Numbered from the stretch's first letter, positions 1 to 8,619 are shown. The stretch: DNA of 19,467 bases from Bdellovibrionota bacterium FG-1 (GCA_051382295.1 JBBCAW010000025.1:1-19467), one strand, 5' to 3'. The notes: generated from the sequence alone by a model not told the origin. Numbers and translations are program-made.

Positions 1-2
1 AC

Positions 3-715
3 GCCTCTAACCAGTCGGGCTGCGTATCCAATGTCACGTATCCGACGCAATCGACGCCGGCCACGCCTGCGGGAGTGGCGGATGTACTGAGTGGCCAAAA
101 CTTTTACGCCGGTGGGGCGATGCTGACGGGGACGATGGCGACTCGGACTTTGTCCGCTGCCAGTACGACAGTGAGTGCGGGTTATTACGCGGCGACGGAT
201 CTTGCGACGGTGGATGCGGATCTCACTGCCGCCAATCTTTTGTCTACGGCGACGATTTTTGGGATCACTGGGAGCGTGACGGCCTGTAATGGTTCCAACC
301 AGACCGGCTGCGTATCGAGCGCGACGTTTCCGACGCAATCGACTCCCGCCACGCCTGCAGCCGCGGCGAATGTGATGAGCGGCAAGAACTTTTACGCCGG
401 CGGGGCGGTCGTGACGGGCACAATGCCGACCCAGACTTTGACAAACACTACTACGACCGTGAGCGCTGGCTATTACGCGGCGACGGATCTTGCGACGGTG
501 GATACGGATCTCACTGCCGCTAATATTTTATCTACGGCGACTATTTTTGGGATCACTGGGAGCGTGACGGCCTGTAATGGCTCCAATCAAACAGACTGCG
601 TATCGAGCGCGACGTTTCCAACCCAATCGACTCCTGCCACGCCTGCGGGCGCGGCGGATGTACTGAGCGGCAAGCACTTTTACGCCGGTGGAGCGGTCGT
701 GACGGGCACGATGAC
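3..715 (+). repeat. Intragenic tandem repeat, 288-bp period, about 2.5 copies visible (probably continues upstream of the window)
   Basis: Equivalent positions at 3, 291 and 579 (xSNQxxCVS). The block tattacgcggcgacggatcttgcgacggtggat...gggatcactgggagcgtgacggcctgtaatgg is nearly identical between copies. Confidence 0.95.
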
Positions 716-1727
716 AGATCGGGGCACTTTCGATTCGGCGGTTAGTTTTCCAGGAGCCGGCTATTACGCCGCGCCCGGGTCCAGCGGTGGACCTGCGGCC
801 GCGAATATCTGTAGCGCCACGACGATTCTCGGCGTTGCGGGGTCGGCCACCTGTGGTGGAATCGTGATGACCTCAAATGCTTTTCGTAATCAAGCGACCA
901 CTGCCATCTCCCAACTCGTTGAGACGAGCACTTATGCGGGCGCGACACTGCCTGCGGGCTATCGCGACGTCCCCACGATTGCGACGGATGATGATGGGTT
1001 TGTGTCACCCGGCATAACCAGTTCGCAAGTGACACTTCCGACGCATTCGACCGGGAGTCCGCCTACTGGGAACTGTGGGACGACGCAAGCGTCGATTGCG
1101 GCTCGAATCAGTGATTGCGTGACGGTTCAGGGGGTAAACGCGACTTGGGATGGTGCGACACAGGGCAACGCCGGTCAGGGGGCTTGGAAGCTCGTGACTC
1201 GAGCGGGGTTAAATCAGGAAGTTTGGCAGGACCAGCGCACGGGACTGCTTTGGAGTTCAATATTGACGAACACGAATAACTGGTGTGTTGCGGCGGGCAA
1301 CGCTGAGGCGGCCGATCCGTCTAATTATTGTAATAGTACGCTCATACAAACTAGCTATCCGACCGCGCAGAGTTGGTGCGCGGAGGTAGGTCCTACGGCG
1401 ATGATGGAAGCTCCTGGATCAGGAGAGATCTGGACCAGCGCAACGTATCACTTAGCCAAAGGCGGCATGGGCAACGCCTCGTCCCCTTCGGTGCGCTGGA
1501 GGTTGCCCACACTCTACGACTACGAACAAGCCAACGTGAATGGGATTCGTTTTGTGATGCCGGATATGCTGGCTGTGCCGGGATGGACAGATGAGTGGTC
1601 GGCGTCGCTCTACGCCATGGATCGCAGCTACGCGTGGACGTTCCAGGGCGGCTTCGGCTATACGACATGGAGTATGCGCACCGGTGTCACGACCCATTCC
1701 ATGAGCGTGCGTTGCGTGGGCCGCTAA
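3..1727 (+). CDS. 5'-truncated repeat-containing surface/fibre-like protein with C-terminal DUF1566 (Lcl-C, CLec-fold-like) domain
   Basis: The frame is open from base 3 (ASNQSGCVSNVTYPTQSTPATPAGVADVLSG...), so the GTG at 75 is internal. Has 96-aa Thr/Ala-rich repeats. C-terminal motifs VWQDQRTGLLWS, WRLPT, WSAS...AW.F..G and terminal SVRCVGR* match DUF1566. Confidence 0.85.
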   Translation, partial: ASNQSGCVSNVTYPTQSTPATPAGVADVLSGQNFYAGGAMLTGTMATRTLSAASTTVSAGYYAATDLATVDADLTAANLLSTATIFGITGSVTACNGSNQTGCVSSATFPTQSTPATPAAAANVMSGKNFYAGGAVVTGTMPTQTLTNTTTTVSAGYYAATDLATVDTDLTAANILSTATIFGITGSVTACNGSNQTDCVSSATFPTQSTPATPAGAADVLSGKHFYAGGAVVTGTMTDRGTFDSAVSFPGAGYYAAPGSSGGPAAANICSATTILGVAGSATCGGIVMTSNAFRNQATTAISQLVETSTYAGATLPAGYRDVPTIATDDDGFVSPGITSSQVTLPTHSTGSPPTGNCGTTQASIAARISDCVTVQGVNATWDGATQGNAGQGAWKLVTRAGLNQEVWQDQRTGLLWSSILTNTNNWCVAAGNAEAADPSNYCNSTLIQTSYPTAQSWCAEVGPTAMMEAPGSGEIWTSATYHLAKGGMGNASSPSVRWRLPTLYDYEQANVNGIRFVMPDMLAVPGWTDEWSASLYAMDRSYAWTFQGGFGYTTWSMRTGVTTHSMSVRCVGR

Positions 1728-1769
1728 CAAAATCTTGACGGAAACCGTTTTCGTTGAGCGCGAATGACG

Positions 1770-1810
1770 TTGCTTCAAACCCGTGAACGCGTAAAATAGT
1801 TAAATTAACT
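1770..1810 (+). promoter_or_regulatory. Possible sigma70 promoter (TTGCTT-16-TAAAAT) followed by palindrome AGTTAAATTAACT
   Basis: TTGCTT at 1770-1775, TAAAAT at 1792-1797, 6-1-6 palindrome at 1798-1810, SD GGAGG before ATG 1835. Confidence 0.4.
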
Positions 1811-1834
1811 CAGATCAACGGAGGATCTTTTTTC

Positions 1835-3430
1835 ATGAACGTTAGAAAGAGTGGCATTTTATTGGTTACCGTCAGTGTCCTGGTCGGCGGACTTTTCGCT
1901 TTCGGAAGCGTGATGACAGGATGTGGAAGTACGGCTGCAACGGCAGTAGCAACGGCAGTAGCAACAGCAGCCGATGCCTTTCCTTCGGGATTAGCGATTT
2001 CGTCTCCGGTTGCGGTTAAGACTGCGAGTGGTTTGATGGCCAGGTTTGACCTTCCCGTAGGACATGAACAAGCGGCGGCCGCTGCGGCAACAGCGTTTGA
2101 CAGCACTCTTCCTTATGCAGATAAAATTACCCGGATCAACGCGATCCTGAACGGCACCACTGCGGCGGATTGCCAGATCGCCTTGCCTAACTTGATGTCG
2201 GCGGGTGCTGCGAGCTGTTACGGACCTTCGGTCAATTACACGGGTTATCCGAGTGCCAACACGGGGACCGGACAGCTTCCGGGCGGCGACTTGGGGCTTT
2301 GGTCCTCGACAGTGGCTTCGGGTGAGGCTTGTGCCTCAGCCAAGCTCAATCAACTCATTGGCGATATTGCGAGTAAAGAGGATACCGCACTCCTCATGAG
2401 CGCGAGTATGATTTGCCTCATGAAGGTTAATAGTACGGCGCTCCCGGCAGCTGGAGCAGCGGCGGTGGATCTGACCACGGTTATGAATACCGCGGTTCAG
2501 GCCAAAAACTCCACCGTGACTGTAACCTCGGCCACGTTCGCACGTTTGGCCGATGCAGGAACCAACCCCGTCTATCAGATTTCACTGGCCGCTTCGATGA
2601 CGATCAGTGGATCCACAGTGACCACGACGTATAATATGAAGCATGAACCTACCAACGCCGATAATACGACTTACATCGGAAAAATTTGGGGTTCCATGGT
2701 CGGAATGCCTTCGAATGGCGATGTTCGCCAGGCCAATCAGTTTTTCACGGTCGGCTACGCTCGCACTGCTACAGCCGTGAATGCCGAAGTTCAATATGCG
2801 GGCACCGCAAATACGATCACCGCGGCCACCGCTTTGAAAACGACGGGTGATTTGGATTGGGCTATTATTGAGGCTAATAACGGACAGAATGCCGCCAACC
2901 TTCAGCATGCGTTGATCAGTACGAATCCGACGACCGGGCTTGCGAGTGCTTCTTTTGCTTGGCAGGCGGGCGGCGGCGATGGCCTTGCCCGTGTCTTTAA
3001 TGCTTATACGACGGTGACTGGTGGGACCACGACCGGTTGCGGTTTCTTTGGTTTTGGAACCGGCTTTAGTGTCACCGCACCGGCAGACAATTCGATCAGT
3101 CGCTTTATCTGCGCCTGGGCCCCACCCGCGCCCGTCAATAGTGATCGCGCTAACGTCAGTCATGCTGGCTTAGCTCAAAAGCAGTGCATGACCCAAAATG
3201 CGACGACCGGTCTTTTTGTGCCCGATGTGACTAAAGAGAAGATCACCTACGCCCCAGTACCCGGCTGCGATGCGGCTTCGGGTGGGACCTTTGCCTATGG
3301 GGTGACGGCAAGTCTGGATTCGAGTTGGGTGAATACGGCATCGACGGCGGTGACCAATAATCTCGTCACGCTGAGTTCGGACGCGGACTTCCTTTTGTAC
3401 ACCGCCCCGACCGCACCGACTACTCCGTAA
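1835..3430 (+). CDS. Hypothetical lipoprotein, Thr/Ala/Gly-rich, 8 further cysteines
   Basis: 531-aa ORF with GGAGG SD. Basic N-terminus, hydrophobic stretch and MTG-C30 lipobox-like site. Confidence 0.8.
   Translation: MNVRKSGILLVTVSVLVGGLFAFGSVMTGCGSTAATAVATAVATAADAFPSGLAISSPVAVKTASGLMARFDLPVGHEQAAAAAATAFDSTLPYADKITRINAILNGTTAADCQIALPNLMSAGAASCYGPSVNYTGYPSANTGTGQLPGGDLGLWSSTVASGEACASAKLNQLIGDIASKEDTALLMSASMICLMKVNSTALPAAGAAAVDLTTVMNTAVQAKNSTVTVTSATFARLADAGTNPVYQISLAASMTISGSTVTTTYNMKHEPTNADNTTYIGKIWGSMVGMPSNGDVRQANQFFTVGYARTATAVNAEVQYAGTANTITAATALKTTGDLDWAIIEANNGQNAANLQHALISTNPTTGLASASFAWQAGGGDGLARVFNAYTTVTGGTTTGCGFFGFGTGFSVTAPADNSISRFICAWAPPAPVNSDRANVSHAGLAQKQCMTQNATTGLFVPDVTKEKITYAPVPGCDAASGGTFAYGVTASLDSSWVNTASTAVTNNLVTLSSDADFLLYTAPTAPTTP
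1937..1970 (+). repeat. 12-bp in-frame tandem repeat (GCAACGGCAGTA, about 2.8 copies) encoding the ATAV linker
   Basis: Exact copies at 1937-1948 and 1949-1960; partial imperfect copy at 1961-1970. Confidence 0.8.
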
Positions 3431-3452
3431 CTTTCATTCCATGGGGGCGAGT

Positions 3453-4637
3453 TTACGACTTCTTGCGAGCAGGAAGTAATTTGTCGGCCCATAGACGAGC
3501 CAGAAACTCGCCCCATGGAAGAAGTAAGGCTTTTTTTCCGGAACCAATATTGGCTGTGCGCGCGACCGGATCCTGCGAAACAAGATAAAAATTCTCAAAA
3601 ATTTCTTCTTCCGCAAGTGCCGTCAGGCCACGAAGATGCTTTTCGGTGACTCGGGAGGTTGCCTTCACTTCAATGGCAAGTTGTTCTCCCACGACGAAAT
3701 CGACCTCAAATTGGCTTTTGGAGCGCCAAAAAAGAAGGTCTTTCTTAATCCGTCGATAGGAAAGGTACGCACGTAGCTCGTTCCCCAGAAATGATTCAAA
3801 AGCACTTCCGTAAAGATCGGAGTTCCGATCCAGCTGTTCGGTACCGAGGATCGTGTGCTTGACACCATTATCAAAGAGATAAAATTTTGCCGTTCCTATT
3901 GCTTTGCGTTTTCGGGTGGCCGTGAAAGGCTCCAAACTAAAGCCCAGCAGCGTATCTTGTAAAATCTGAAAATATGATTTTACCGTTGTTTCGGGTATCG
4001 CGGAATCACTCGCAATTTGAGAAAAGTTAATCAGTTTCCCGTCACTCAGTGCGCTCACCTTTAGAAATCGCGCAAACGCCGGCAGATTTCGTAATCGTGA
4101 TTCTATTTCGATCTCCTCTTTCAGGTACGTGGTGACGTAGGCATCGAGATCATTCTCTGGGCTTTCACTCTGCCAGACGGCGGGCAAAGTACCATAACGA
4201 AGCGCAAAATCTAACTTGAAGTCGGGAATCTCAGTCCAAGTGAGTCCAAAAAGCTCGGCCTTCCAAGCACGGCCCGCGAGCATATTGGCGCCTTCCCGTC
4301 TTAGTTTTCTTGCGCTGCTACCCGTGAGTAAAAAACGAATCCCTTTTTCCTCAATCAGGCGATGAACCTCATTGAGTAAGGCAGGGATTCTCTGCACTTC
4401 ATCGATGACTACGATATCGGCCCGGGTTTGGGCTTCAATCAAATTTTCTAGTCCAGCAGGGTCCGCCAAAAGATCAGCGTAATAGCGGGATTTCAGTAAA
4501 TCGATCACAAAACAGCGTTCATTCAATTGGCTGCGGATTAAGGTCGATTTGCCCGTTGCTCTGGGTCCAAAAAAGAGTAACGATTTCTTGGCAATGAGGG
4601 GGCGCAGATCTAACGCGCGGGGATAGGTTTGGAGCAT
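3453..4637 (-). CDS. AAA_14 family ATP-binding protein with C-terminal DUF4143 (PD-(D/E)xK-like) domain
   Basis: Walker A GPRATGKS, Walker B VVIDEVQ, LTGSS...LAGR, KFYLFDNG, GSAFE, EVDFV...IEVK. Start reassigned to ATG 4637 (MLQTYPR) because the longer ORF runs through the predicted promoter. Confidence 0.9.
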   Translation of the reverse strand: MLQTYPRALDLRPLIAKKSLLFFGPRATGKSTLIRSQLNERCFVIDLLKSRYYADLLADPAGLENLIEAQTRADIVVIDEVQRIPALLNEVHRLIEEKGIRFLLTGSSARKLRREGANMLAGRAWKAELFGLTWTEIPDFKLDFALRYGTLPAVWQSESPENDLDAYVTTYLKEEIEIESRLRNLPAFARFLKVSALSDGKLINFSQIASDSAIPETTVKSYFQILQDTLLGFSLEPFTATRKRKAIGTAKFYLFDNGVKHTILGTEQLDRNSDLYGSAFESFLGNELRAYLSYRRIKKDLLFWRSKSQFEVDFVVGEQLAIEVKATSRVTEKHLRGLTALAEEEIFENFYLVSQDPVARTANIGSGKKALLLPWGEFLARLWADKLLPARKKS

Positions 4638-4644
4638 ACCAACC

Positions 4645-4673
4645 ACTCTACCGCTGATTATCATGATAATCAA
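4645..4673 (-). promoter_or_regulatory. Sigma70 promoter TTGATT-17-TAGAGT overlapped by perfect 18-bp palindrome TGATTATCATGATAATCA
   Basis: On the minus strand the -35 is at 4673-4668 and the -10 at 4650-4645. Palindrome at 4655-4672. Only 7 nt separate the -10 from the ATG. Confidence 0.7.
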
Positions 4674-4941
4674 CCACGCAATGGATGATTATCCCCTGAG
4701 GAAGAGCTGGCCGGTCAGCAATTCGTCGGTCCCCGTCGGCCGTTGAAATCCATGGTAATTTCCCTGATGCCGGGTACGATGGGTAAAGCGGGTTCAGAAT
4801 AAACGACCGGAGGTCATTCCCATGAATTTTTGTTTTTTTTGCAAACGAGAGCATGCGGATTCGCAATGTGAGATTTGTAAGCGATATGTCTGTCATCAGT
4901 GCGCGGAATGCCACAACTGTTATCCTCGGGAGGGGTGAGGG

Positions 4942-6261
4942 ATGAGCTTTTTGAAGTCTTTTTTAGTGGGGGGTCAGCGGTCCGTTGACTGGAGTGGATT
5001 TGCCGGATCTTTTCGCAAGATTCTTGACCGGTCTCGCGAGCTTTATCAAGTGAGCGAGTCACTCAAGAAAATTGTGGTTGAAGAGGGCGCGGCAGTCGAA
5101 AAGTCGGCTTCGGCGCTGGAAGAGATTTCTTCGATGGTGGCCAAGACGGCCTCGCACACTAAAGAACTAGCCGCGAGCTCCCAGCGCGCTTCAGGAGTGG
5201 TCAACGAAGGGCAAACTGCTCTTTCTGAAGTGGCCGTAAAAATGGACGGAATTTTGGGGGCCTCGACCCGCCTGCAAACGGTGGTGGATGAGGCCTCAGG
5301 CGGGTTAGAGGCGGTGCTCAAAGCTCTTGAAGAAATTCGTAATCGATCGGCCATGATCAATGACATCGTTTTTCAAACCAAACTCCTTTCATTTAACGCC
5401 TCGGTTGAGGCTGCACGAGCGGGGGAGCATGGTAAGGGGTTTTCAGTGGTGGCCGAAGAGATCGGAAAGCTCGCGCAGTCAAGCGGTGCGGCGTCTAAGG
5501 AAATTGAAGAAATCCTCGATGTGAATACGACCCGGACCGCAAAAATCGTGAAAGAACTCAAGGAAACCCTCCGGGCAATCGCTCGTGAAACCAGCGAAAG
5601 CGTGGAGTCCGGCCGAAAGAGCAGCCAAGTGTGTGCGGATGTGTTTCAGCGCATCGTTACCGAAGTCGCTCATGTTTCACAAATGGCTGAGGAAATTTCC
5701 ACCGCCACCAACGAACAAGAAAAGGGCGTCGTCGAAGTGGCGGACGCGGTAAAAAGCCTGGAGCGAAATTCTCGCAGTCTGAATGAAATGGCCGGAAAAA
5801 CGCTCTCTAACTCCGTTCAGCTCTCTGAAGATGTTCAAAGGCAGGAAGAGACCATCGTCGCGTATGCTAAATCAGCGGGACAAGTGGTCGAGTTTTCTGA
5901 AGAGGCGTTTGACTTTGACTCGGCCATTACGGCCCATCTGGATTGGAAAATGAAGCTTTCTAAGTACCTTCAAAAACCAGATGGATCTTTAGATCCCCAG
6001 AAAGTGTGCTTAGATAATCAGTGTACTTTTGGGAAGTGGATTTATGGGCCAGGAACCGAATACACTCATTTGCAGCAATATCAGCCGCTGCGTGGGGCCC
6101 ATAAAAAATTCCACGAAACTGCCGCCGAAGTCGTGCAACTCATTATAGATGGGCATATTAAGCAAGCGGAGTCGGTCATCTCACCGTCAGGACGTTACTT
6201 GAAGGTATCCGAAGAATGCGTCGGGTTGATTCGGGAGATCAAAAACGTCGTGGCAAAATAG
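4942..6261 (+). CDS. Cytoplasmic methyl-accepting chemotaxis protein with C-terminal CZB zinc-binding domain
   Basis: Hairpin-tip motif QTKLLSFNASVEAARAGEHGKGFSVVAEEIGKLA. CZB motifs AHLDWK, CTFGKWIY and HKKFH. No transmembrane segment seen. Confidence 0.93.
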   Translation: MSFLKSFLVGGQRSVDWSGFAGSFRKILDRSRELYQVSESLKKIVVEEGAAVEKSASALEEISSMVAKTASHTKELAASSQRASGVVNEGQTALSEVAVKMDGILGASTRLQTVVDEASGGLEAVLKALEEIRNRSAMINDIVFQTKLLSFNASVEAARAGEHGKGFSVVAEEIGKLAQSSGAASKEIEEILDVNTTRTAKIVKELKETLRAIARETSESVESGRKSSQVCADVFQRIVTEVAHVSQMAEEISTATNEQEKGVVEVADAVKSLERNSRSLNEMAGKTLSNSVQLSEDVQRQEETIVAYAKSAGQVVEFSEEAFDFDSAITAHLDWKMKLSKYLQKPDGSLDPQKVCLDNQCTFGKWIYGPGTEYTHLQQYQPLRGAHKKFHETAAEVVQLIIDGHIKQAESVISPSGRYLKVSEECVGLIREIKNVVAK

Positions 6262-6263
6262 CG

Positions 6264-6656
6264 CTACGCTTTCTCTAAGACTCTCGCCAGCCGTGCATCC
6301 GCATCCTTGGCCAGGGTAACCAGGTCTTGATCCCCTAATATTTCCATCAAGGAGGATGGCTTCGCCAGCTCGATCGAAACCCGGCCGTCCCCCACTTCGC
6401 GAATAACCGCGTTACAGGGCAGCAGACTCGTCACATCAGTGCTGCGTTGGTAGGCCTCATAGGCCAGTTGCGGGTTGCATGCGCCTAGGATGATTACGGG
6501 ACGCAGTTCTTTCCCAATTTTCTCTTTGATTTTTGAATGAAGGTCGATGCGAGTCAGAACGCCAAAGCCCTCGCTCTTGAGGGCGGCCGTCACGCGTTCG
6601 ATTGCGGCATCTAAGCCGCTAGTGATTTCCCTTTTAAAATTGATCGTGTTCGTCAT
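6264..6656 (-). CDS. DUF302 domain protein
   Basis: ALKSEGFGVLTRID, ILGACNP.LAY.A and LLPCN motifs; likely start ATG 6656. Confidence 0.9.
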   Translation of the reverse strand: MTNTINFKREITSGLDAAIERVTAALKSEGFGVLTRIDLHSKIKEKIGKELRPVIILGACNPQLAYEAYQRSTDVTSLLPCNAVIREVGDGRVSIELAKPSSLMEILGDQDLVTLAKDADARLARVLEKA

Positions 6657-6699
6657 CACTCGCAATTAGCACCAAATGTGCCAAGTGTCTCGGGCGTAT

Positions 6700-7302
6700 T
6701 CATACGACTGTCTTCCTACCCAGCACTTGCACAACGGCACTCTTACCAAAATGCCCCTTGCCCTCGTGGACATCGCGTTCTATTTCATGAGCTACAAGAA
6801 AATCCAATCCGAAGAGCTCTTCGCGCAAATCATCCAGTCGCATCATGAGATTTGCATCTGAAGGTCCCCCCGTCTTAAACTCGAGTTGCCGCGGGTGATA
6901 GGCCTCCAAAATAAAAACACCACCTGGGCGAAGTCCTTCGACGACCAAGTGATGAAGTTTTCTTCTGAGATCCTGAGGGACATGACACCAAATCGAGACA
7001 ATACAGTCCCATTTCCCGGCTTCAATTTGATAATCGCTCAGATCACTCACGATCGACGTCACAAGTACGTTCTTCGCGTGCGCAAGCTTTTCCATCTTAC
7101 CCAAGCCGACCGACGACCCATCGACTGCGGTAACTTTCAAGCCATTTTCCGCAAGAAAGACTGCATTTCTGCCTTCGCCCTCTGCTAAACACAACGTCTC
7201 TCCACCAGGCGCAATCAGCTTTGCGTTCGCCTTCAGAAAGTCATTCGGGTCAGTCCCATAATAGAACTCATCCGTGCCGTATCGGGTGTCCCAGGGATTC
7301 AT
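6700..7302 (-). CDS. Class I SAM-dependent methyltransferase (TehB-like)
   Basis: WD.RY....YYGT.PN.FL, LCLAEGEGRNAVFLA, LRPGG. SD GGAGAGG before ATG 7302. Confidence 0.9.
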   Translation of the reverse strand: MNPWDTRYGTDEFYYGTDPNDFLKANAKLIAPGGETLCLAEGEGRNAVFLAENGLKVTAVDGSSVGLGKMEKLAHAKNVLVTSIVSDLSDYQIEAGKWDCIVSIWCHVPQDLRRKLHHLVVEGLRPGGVFILEAYHPRQLEFKTGGPSDANLMMRLDDLREELFGLDFLVAHEIERDVHEGKGHFGKSAVVQVLGRKTVV

Positions 7303-7413
7303 CGAAGTCCTCTCCCGCTTTTGTCGTATCGTGCTAGTGCGGTGCATCTAATTCGAAATGAGAATTGGAACCCGCCCAATCTTGTGTATAACTTGAGCAA
7401 GGACGGGATACTC

Positions 7414-8595
7414 ATGACACGATATCATTTTGTTTGCACCGGGGCGGTTTTATTTTTGGCGACGTTTTGTTTTCCATTGGGGTCCTATGCGCGGACTCCT
7501 CAGGCCCATCAGGCTCAACCCGGAAATGTCATCCTTTTGATGTTGGATGGCGTGCGCTGGCAAGAGGTGTTTTATGGCGTTGACCCCACGCTGTCTCAGG
7601 ACGAAAAGGGGGTGGTTTTTCCATTTCTCTGGAATGGTCTGTCGAATCAAGGAGCGCTGTTTGGAGATGTGCTGAAGGGCAATTCCATGACCGTAGGCAA
7701 CCCCGTTAATATCAGCTTGCCGGGTTATCAAAGTATCATGGCCGGCATGACTCAACCTTGCTTGAACAATGACTGCGGCCGAATTAGCGTTGAAACCGTT
7801 CAAGAGCGGCTGATGCGGAGTACTAGTCCGGCTAATCTGGATAAGAAGAAAATTGCGACGATTGCTTCCTGGCAGAAGATTGCCCTGGCCGTGGAACATG
7901 TGGAAGGCGCCACTTTCGTCAACGCGGGATTTCAGCCGGTAGTGGATGACGAATTCGATGCGGAGTTTGAGGCGATCAATCAGGCGCAAAAGAAAGATCT
8001 TCCAGTCTGGGGTGAGGCTCGATTTGACCGTTATACCTTTGCCCATGCCGTTCATTTTTTAAAGAAACACCAACCTCGGTTTTTGTTTATCTCGTTAAAC
8101 GACTCGGATGAATGGGGTCATAAAAATGATTACCCCCAATACCTCACCACTTTAAGACAATATGATGCTTGGATCAGACAGCTCGTCGATGTGTTGGACG
8201 GGATGGGTGATTACGGTCGAAATACCACGCTCTTAGTGACTACGGATCACGGGCGGGGGAGTGGGCAACAATGGGACAGTCATGGCTATATCCCAGAAGC
8301 CAAGTATGTCTGGCTCTATGGCAAGGCCCCCGGCGCTCAGGGGGCCCGTTTTTTGAATCAACAGAATTATACTCATCTGGATCTTCGCCCCACGATCGAG
8401 GCTGCCGCTGGTGTGCCTCCTCAAACCTGTGCGGGTTGCGGTGGCGTCATTAAGGAGATCGTGAGGCAATACGACGACGCCCGTTCAAACCCCATCTTTG
8501 CTGGGGGCCGAGCCGGGGGGGGGGTGTTCCCCTGCAAACGTCCTATAATCCACTTGATAGGGGAACGCCGGGCCGATATACTTACCCCTATATAA
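7414..8595 (+). CDS. Secreted alkaline-phosphatase-superfamily metalloenzyme (phosphodiesterase/phosphoglyceromutase-like)
   Basis: Signal peptide after ATG 7414. Metal-site motifs VILLMLDGVRWQE, SLPGY, DSDEWGH and VTTDHGRG. The last ~40 codons overlap the downstream promoter. Confidence 0.85.
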   Translation: MTRYHFVCTGAVLFLATFCFPLGSYARTPQAHQAQPGNVILLMLDGVRWQEVFYGVDPTLSQDEKGVVFPFLWNGLSNQGALFGDVLKGNSMTVGNPVNISLPGYQSIMAGMTQPCLNNDCGRISVETVQERLMRSTSPANLDKKKIATIASWQKIALAVEHVEGATFVNAGFQPVVDDEFDAEFEAINQAQKKDLPVWGEARFDRYTFAHAVHFLKKHQPRFLFISLNDSDEWGHKNDYPQYLTTLRQYDAWIRQLVDVLDGMGDYGRNTTLLVTTDHGRGSGQQWDSHGYIPEAKYVWLYGKAPGAQGARFLNQQNYTHLDLRPTIEAAAGVPPQTCAGCGGVIKEIVRQYDDARSNPIFAGGRAGGGVFPCKRPIIHLIGERRADILTPI

Positions 8596-8619
8596 CGCCA
8601 AATAAGACGTTTACAGGGG
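8526..8619 (+). promoter_or_regulatory. Sigma70 promoter TTGATA-17-TATACT bracketed by two inverted 35-bp CCCCT-N25-AGGGG boxes
   Basis: -35 at 8554-8559, -10 at 8577-8582. Boxes at 8529-8563 and 8585-8619 match at 25/35 positions when one is reverse-complemented (16/18 in the outer arm). Confidence 0.75.

Noticed and set aside
3..715. CRISPR array or non-coding repeat
   Set aside because: The repeats are 288 bp, in-frame, protein-coding and have no spacers.
4648..5062. Short minus-strand ORFs between the ATPase and MCP genes
   Set aside because: No SD or motifs; they overlap the promoter palindrome or the MCP start.
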